A DNA stretch of 55,098 nt from Patescibacteria group bacterium. Lineage in GTDB: Bacteria > Chloroflexota > Limnocylindria > Limnocylindrales > CSP1-4. Made by a program: the position numbers and the translations under genes. The stretch is taken from positions 1 to 55,098 of the forward strand of contig DATJGH010000061.1 in NCBI GenBank assembly GCA_035495215.1, in the 5' to 3' direction. This document shows, in pieces, positions 50,920-55,098 of the stretch (within the stretch, counting starts at the first letter, position 1; each line of letters begins with the position of its first letter). A model generated the notes under the pieces. That model did no database searches. It saw nothing but the letters and a program-made list of their open reading frames with translations, and was not told the DNA's origin.

Positions 50920-52466
50920 CGCCCCAGCTCTTCCCTGAGCCCGTCGACGAGGGCGTCGAGCTCGACGCCCCGCGATGCCTTGACCAGGACCACGTCACCG
51001 TCCCGCAGGCGTGCCCGGAGCATGTCCAGGGCGGCGTCACGGTCGCGCGCCTCGAGGATCCGCGACGGGTCGAGCCCCGCCGCCCGCGCCCCGGCCGCGA
51101 TGCCCGACGCGCCCGCACCGACCACCACCAGGAGGTCGACCGTGGCGGCGGCTGCGGTCCCGACCTCGCGATGACCGCTGACGGCGCCCTTGCCGAGCTC
51201 GAACATCTCACCGAGCACGGCGATGCGCCGGCCGGGCAGGCCGGCAAGCATGTCCAGCGCTGCGGTGACCGAGGGCGGTGACGCGTTGTAGGCGTCGTCG
51301 ATGAGCGTGATCCGGCCGACCTTGAGCACCTGTCCCCGGTGCGCCGCCGACCAGCCGGCGGCGAGGGCGTGGACGGTGACGACCGGCTCGATTCCCGCCG
51401 CGTGGCCGACGGCCGCGCCGGCGAGGGCGTTGTGCACGGACAGCTTGCCGAGGCCGGGAATTCGCGCGGCGAGGCGCACGCGCCGGCCGCCGCGGCCGGG
51501 CAGGGTGAGCGTGAAGCGCATGCCCTCGAAGCCGGCCGAGACGACTTCGTCGGCGCTCACGTCGGCGTCGCTGCTGAGGCCGTACGTGAGGACGCGAGCA
51601 GCGGTCCGATCGGCCATCCGCCGCACGCGGCGGTCGTCCTGGTTGAGGACCGCCACGCCGTCGGAGGGCAGCGCCTCGACCAGTTCGCCCTTGGCCCGCT
51701 CGATCGCGGCGAGGGAGCCCATCCGGCTGAGGTGCACGCCGTGCACGGCCGTCACCACCCCGATCTTCGGCCTGGCCATCCGCGCGAGGTCGGCGATCTC
51801 GCCGCCGGCGTACATGCCCATCTCGAGGACCGCCGCGCGATGGTCGGGGCCGAGGCGCAGGAGCGTCAGCGGCAGGCCGATCTCGTTGTTCTGGTTGCCC
51901 TCGTTCCGGAGCGTTCGGAAGGTCGTGCCGAGGACGGCGGCGATCGCCTCCTTGGTCGAGGTCTTGGCGATGCTGCCGGTCACGCCGACCACCAGCGGGT
52001 CGAAGCGCGCGCGCCAGCCCGCAGCCAGGGCGCCGAGGGCGGTGAGCCCGTCGGGCACGGCGAGGACCGTGACGTCGCCGAGGGCATCCAGCACGGTGTC
52101 CGGCACCGGCCGCGAGATGACGAGCGCGGCGGCGCCGGCGTCCGCGGCTTCGGCGAGGAAACGATGGCCGTCGGTCCGCTCGCCGGCCAGCGCAACGAAG
52201 AGCTGACCCCTGCCGATCAGCCGTGAATCGACCGCCGCGCCCCGGATCGGGCGCCGGCTCGTGCGCAGGAGCCGCCCGCCGGTGAGGCGACGAAGGTCGT
52301 CGGCGGTGAGGGCCGGGGCGTCGGATCCCCGGGAGCGGGCGCCCGCGCTGGGCGGCTGCGGGCCCTCGACGGTCACGCCGGAAAGTGTGGCACAGGGCCC
52401 GGCGGCGGCCGCCGGAGGCAAGGTCGTGGCCGTCGCCCGCGAAGCTGCCGGCGCACCCGCGATCAC
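50916..52466 (-). CDS. murF: UDP-N-acetylmuramoyl-tripeptide--D-alanyl-D-alanine ligase
   Basis: ORF 50916..52466. The motifs GVTGSIAKTSTKE and DDAYNASP are present. The GTG start overlaps the ftsI stop (GTGA). An Ala/Pro-rich N-terminal extension of about 50 aa makes the true start uncertain. Confidence 0.9.
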   Translation of the reverse strand: MIAGAPAASRATATTLPPAAAAGPCATLSGVTVEGPQPPSAGARSRGSDAPALTADDLRRLTGGRLLRTSRRPIRGAAVDSRLIGRGQLFVALAGERTDGHRFLAEAADAGAAALVISRPVPDTVLDALGDVTVLAVPDGLTALGALAAGWRARFDPLVVGVTGSIAKTSTKEAIAAVLGTTFRTLRNEGNQNNEIGLPLTLLRLGPDHRAAVLEMGMYAGGEIADLARMARPKIGVVTAVHGVHLSRMGSLAAIERAKGELVEALPSDGVAVLNQDDRRVRRMADRTAARVLTYGLSSDADVSADEVVSAGFEGMRFTLTLPGRGGRRVRLAARIPGLGKLSVHNALAGAAVGHAAGIEPVVTVHALAAGWSAAHRGQVLKVGRITLIDDAYNASPPSVTAALDMLAGLPGRRIAVLGEMFELGKGAVSGHREVGTAAAATVDLLVVVGAGASGIAAGARAAGLDPSRILEARDRDAALDMLRARLRDGDVVLVKASRGVELDALVDGLREELGR

Positions 52467-54286
52467 CCGCCGGCCTGCGCGGTCGTCGTGTCCGTCGGGG
52501 TCAGCGGCGACAGGAGCCCGGGCGTGGTGATGGCGTCTGTCGCGACCCGGCGGAACAGCTCCACGGAGCTGACCGGCAGCAGGATCGTGCCCCGTGAGTC
52601 ACGGTTCGGGCTGGTGTCCGCGATGCGCACGGCGACCACGAGGTCTGGATGGCCCGGCTGCCGGCCGATAAAGCCGACGCACGAGAAGTTGTACGTGTTG
52701 AACTCCCACTTCTGGTGCCTGGCATCCCAGACCTGGGCCGTGCCCGTCTTGCCGCCGATCCAGTAGCCCGGCACCCGCGACTGGTCGGCATACCACGGGC
52801 TCTTGAGGACGTGCTCCATGAGGCCGGCGAGCCTGGGGCTGAGGCTCGGATCGAGGACCGGCGGCTCGTTGGTGTAGGTCACGGGCTCGGTGCCCACGCC
52901 CGCGACGACGTGGGGATGGACGATGACCCCGCCGTTGACCAGGGCCGCATATTCCGAGGCGAGCTGGAGCTGCGTGACCGCGACGCCCTGCCCGAACGAG
53001 CCGTTTGCGAGGTCGATCTGGCTCCAGGGCGTCATCGCCGGGTCGTTGACCAGGCCGCGCGCCTCGCCCGCCACGTCGATGCCCGTCGCGCGCCCGACGC
53101 CGAGGCGGGTCCAGACATCGTGGAGGATCGTGGCGGCCTGGCTCGTCGTCGGGGCGAGGCCGAGGGCGACCTTGGCGGCCACCACGTTGCGCGAGTAGGC
53201 GATCGCGTCCTCGAGCTTGAGCCTGCCCATCGCCACCCGATCGGCGTCCTTGATCAGCGTCTCGCCGCCATCGAGGCGCATCCGGCCGGTGTCGTCGTAG
53301 ACCTTGTCGAACGAGGTCGTGCCCTGCTCGAGCCCGGCGAGGACCGTGAGCATCTTGAAGACCGAGCCAGGCTCATAGACGTGAGACACCACCGGGTCCA
53401 CGAACAGGCCCGGGTCGTCGCTCGCGACGGCGGCGTAGCTGTTCGCGTTGTAGGACGGGTAGGTCGCCTCGGCGTAGATCTCGCCGGACCAGGGGTCCAT
53501 GACGACGGCAGAGACGGCCCCGGCGTTGTTCGCGATTCGGACGGACATGACCTCCTGCTCGAGCGCGAGCTGGAGACCGGCGTCGATCGTCAGCCGGATG
53601 TCCCGCCCCGGCACGCCTGGCTCGACCGTGCGCTCCGTCTCGAGCAGGGGCTGTCCGTTCGCGTCCCGGTCCGCCTCGACGACCTTGGGCTGACCGGCCA
53701 GCACGTCCTGGTAGTACTGCTCGACGCCGTACTGCCCGGCGCCGTCCCGGTTCACGAACCCGATCAGCTGCGCGGCGAGGGAGCTGTCGGGGCTGCCGCC
53801 CGCCTGCGGGTAGGTCCGCGCCGAGTCCGACTCGAACGAGATGCCGTCGATGCCGGCCGCTGCGGCCGCGGCGGCGATCGCCGTCGACTTCTCGGGCTGC
53901 AGGTCCTTCGCGATGACGAGGTACGGCTTGCCGGTGTCGATCTTGGCCGCGAGCGCGTCGCTCGCCGCCTGGTCCAGCCCGAGCTGCGCGGTCAGCAGGT
54001 CGACCAGGTCGGCACGCTGCTGCGGGGAGAGCTTGTCGGCGGCGACGATGAGCCGGTCCCGGACGACGCTCGCGGCCAGCAGGATCGTGCCGCTCCGGTC
54101 GTAGATCTGGCCGCGCTGGCTCGGGACGTCGGCCCGGTAGTAGATCTGCCGGTGTGCGCTCTCGACGAGGTCGTCGTGGCGGCCCAGCTGCCAGTAACCG
54201 AGGCGGACAACCAGCGTGCTCGCGCCGAGGGCGAGCACGACCAGGATGAACAGCAGGCGGCGGCCCGAATCGGTTCGTCCGGCCAT
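52463..54286 (-). CDS. ftsI: Penicillin-binding protein, class B transpeptidase (FtsI/PBP2B-like)
   Basis: ORF 52463..54286. It has an N-terminal TM segment and the catalytic motifs SVFK (EPGSVFKMLT), SRN (AYSRNVV) and KTG (GGKTGTAQ). Confidence 0.93.
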   Translation of the reverse strand: MAGRTDSGRRLLFILVVLALGASTLVVRLGYWQLGRHDDLVESAHRQIYYRADVPSQRGQIYDRSGTILLAASVVRDRLIVAADKLSPQQRADLVDLLTAQLGLDQAASDALAAKIDTGKPYLVIAKDLQPEKSTAIAAAAAAAGIDGISFESDSARTYPQAGGSPDSSLAAQLIGFVNRDGAGQYGVEQYYQDVLAGQPKVVEADRDANGQPLLETERTVEPGVPGRDIRLTIDAGLQLALEQEVMSVRIANNAGAVSAVVMDPWSGEIYAEATYPSYNANSYAAVASDDPGLFVDPVVSHVYEPGSVFKMLTVLAGLEQGTTSFDKVYDDTGRMRLDGGETLIKDADRVAMGRLKLEDAIAYSRNVVAAKVALGLAPTTSQAATILHDVWTRLGVGRATGIDVAGEARGLVNDPAMTPWSQIDLANGSFGQGVAVTQLQLASEYAALVNGGVIVHPHVVAGVGTEPVTYTNEPPVLDPSLSPRLAGLMEHVLKSPWYADQSRVPGYWIGGKTGTAQVWDARHQKWEFNTYNFSCVGFIGRQPGHPDLVVAVRIADTSPNRDSRGTILLPVSSVELFRRVATDAITTPGLLSPLTPTDTTTAQAGG

Positions 54287-54301
54287 GGCTCGTTTCGCTC
54301 G

Positions 54302-54772
54302 CTAGCGGGCTTGCACAACGAGCGGCGCGCCGAGCTGGCCCAGGCCGGCATCGAGCGCCTGCTTCCGAATCGCCGGCTCGCTGCCGAGCCGCTCCACGTC
54401 GGCCTGGAGGTCCTGGCGGATGGCCTGCATTCGGTCGTGCTCCGAGACCAGGCGCACGATGTCGTAGCCGTTGGCCGCGACGCGAACGCTCTGGCTCAGC
54501 GACAGGAACGCGGCAGTGAACACGAGGACGATGCCGGCGAGGGCGACGCCAACGGTGGAGGGACGGCGTGCCGCGAGCGCGCGAGCCGCCCGGCGACCGC
54601 CGGCGGCGCGAGCGCGTTCCGTGGCACCCCGTGCGGAGCCGGCGCGCCGGTTGGCAGTCCGTTCCGCTCGAGGTCGTGCGGCGCTCGCGCCCGGGGTGGC
54701 GCGGTCCCTGGTCAGACCGTCGAGGCCGAGGGGCAGCGGCGCCCGGCGCCGGGCGCCCTGGTAGACCGCCAT
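54302..54772 (-). CDS. ftsL: FtsL-like cell division protein
   Basis: This is ORF 54302..54859 from ATG 54772. It has a basic tail, one TM segment (VGVALAGIVLVFTAAFLSL), a coiled region and the C-terminal motif IRKQALDAGLGQ. Confidence 0.7.
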   Translation of the reverse strand: MAVYQGARRRAPLPLGLDGLTRDRATPGASAARPRAERTANRRAGSARGATERARAAGGRRAARALAARRPSTVGVALAGIVLVFTAAFLSLSQSVRVAANGYDIVRLVSEHDRMQAIRQDLQADVERLGSEPAIRKQALDAGLGQLGAPLVVQAR

Positions 54773-54966
54773 CAGTCGATGTAGCCGAAGGGCTGGCCGG
54801 CTCCGGGTGCGTCGGCATAGCCGAGCGGATCGAGGGCGAGGTCGTGGCTCGCGCGCCACGCGCGCTCGCCTCGTCGGCGTTCGGTGATGCGATCGATGCG
54901 CTCGTGGAGCTCGTGCTGGCGCCGGCCGTAGGTCCTGCGCCGGCTGGAGGTATGGCGCTTGCTCAT
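54772..54966 (-). CDS. Small basic hypothetical protein (64 aa) between rsmH and ftsL
   Basis: This lies within ORF 54772..55077, from ATG 54966, preceded by GAAGGAGGAG. Third-position GC is about 85% by manual count. The product is MSKRHTSSRRRTYGRRQHELHERIDRITERRRGERAWRASHDLALDPLGYADAPGAGQPFGYID. Its stop shares 1 nt with the ftsL ATG. Confidence 0.6.
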   Translation of the reverse strand: MSKRHTSSRRRTYGRRQHELHERIDRITERRRGERAWRASHDLALDPLGYADAPGAGQPFGYID

Positions 54967-55039
54967 GGGGGCTCCTCCTTCCTCGGGGTCGATTGCCCGG
55001 GTCTCCAATCTCCGGGCGGCGGGGCGCGCGGCAGGGCGA

Positions 55040-55098
55040 CTAGGCGGCGATCCGTTCCGCGGCGCGCAACCGGGCACTCCGGGCGCGCGGATTGGCGG
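55040..55098 (-). CDS. rsmH: 16S rRNA m4C1402 methyltransferase RsmH (MraW), last 19 codons only
   Basis: My minus-strand translation of the window end gives ANPRARSARLRAAERIAA*, with TAG at 55042..55040. This matches the conserved RsmH C-terminal motif NPRARSAxLRxAE. It occupies the expected position upstream of ftsL. Confidence 0.6.
   Translation of the reverse strand, partial: ANPRARSARLRAAERIAA

Overview
High-GC (roughly 70% by eye), gene-dense chromosomal window made up almost entirely of core genes. Many adjacent genes share start/stop overlaps such as ATGA, GTGA or TTGA.

Gene order:
- 1-7405, minus strand: a seven-gene purine chain, purA-purD-purB-purC-purS-purQ-purL. purL runs off the left edge.
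- 7406-8457: an ORF-poor, hairpin-dense island of about 1.05 kb.
- 8458-10602: a hypothetical protein, a secreted S1 serine protease and a stand-alone ssb.
- 10669-13506, minus strand: rsmI, single-domain nadE and a separate CN-hydrolase (Nit-like) gene.
- 13753-26214: two convergent five-gene Opp/Dpp-type peptide ABC transporter operons.
- 26449-32850, minus strand: the glycine cleavage genes gcvT-gcvH-gcvPA-gcvPB, preceded by a NUDIX gene, a doubtful small ORF and a DUF2520 Rossmann protein.
- 32908-37167: acnA, an MFS_3 transporter and tRNA-Val(CAC).
- 37206-55098, minus strand: a long division/cell-wall (dcw) cluster, rsmH(3' end)-small ORF-ftsL-ftsI-murF-mraY-murD-ftsW-murG-murB-ddl-ftsQ-sbp-ftsA-[opposite-strand membrane protein]-ftsZ-yggS-yggT-DUF167.

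The combination of FtsA, Sbp, split GcvP and three-subunit FGAM synthase suggests a Terrabacteria-type lineage (Chloroflexota-like or deep Actinomycetota). This is inference only.

I found no CRISPR array, transposase, integrase, phage gene, recognisable defence system or biosynthetic cluster, and I do not see a convincing novel multi-gene system.

The parts the annotation does not explain are:
- the purA-upstream non-coding island, which has back-to-back terminators and repeated, mutually exclusive helices;
- the interruption of ftsA-ftsZ by an unknown membrane protein;
- several small ORFs in or next to the dcw cluster;
- the split nadE arrangement.

Most long ORFs in the six-frame track that lie antisense to these genes are high-GC artefacts. 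Coordinates of internal starts were derived by counting residues from the ORF-track coordinates.
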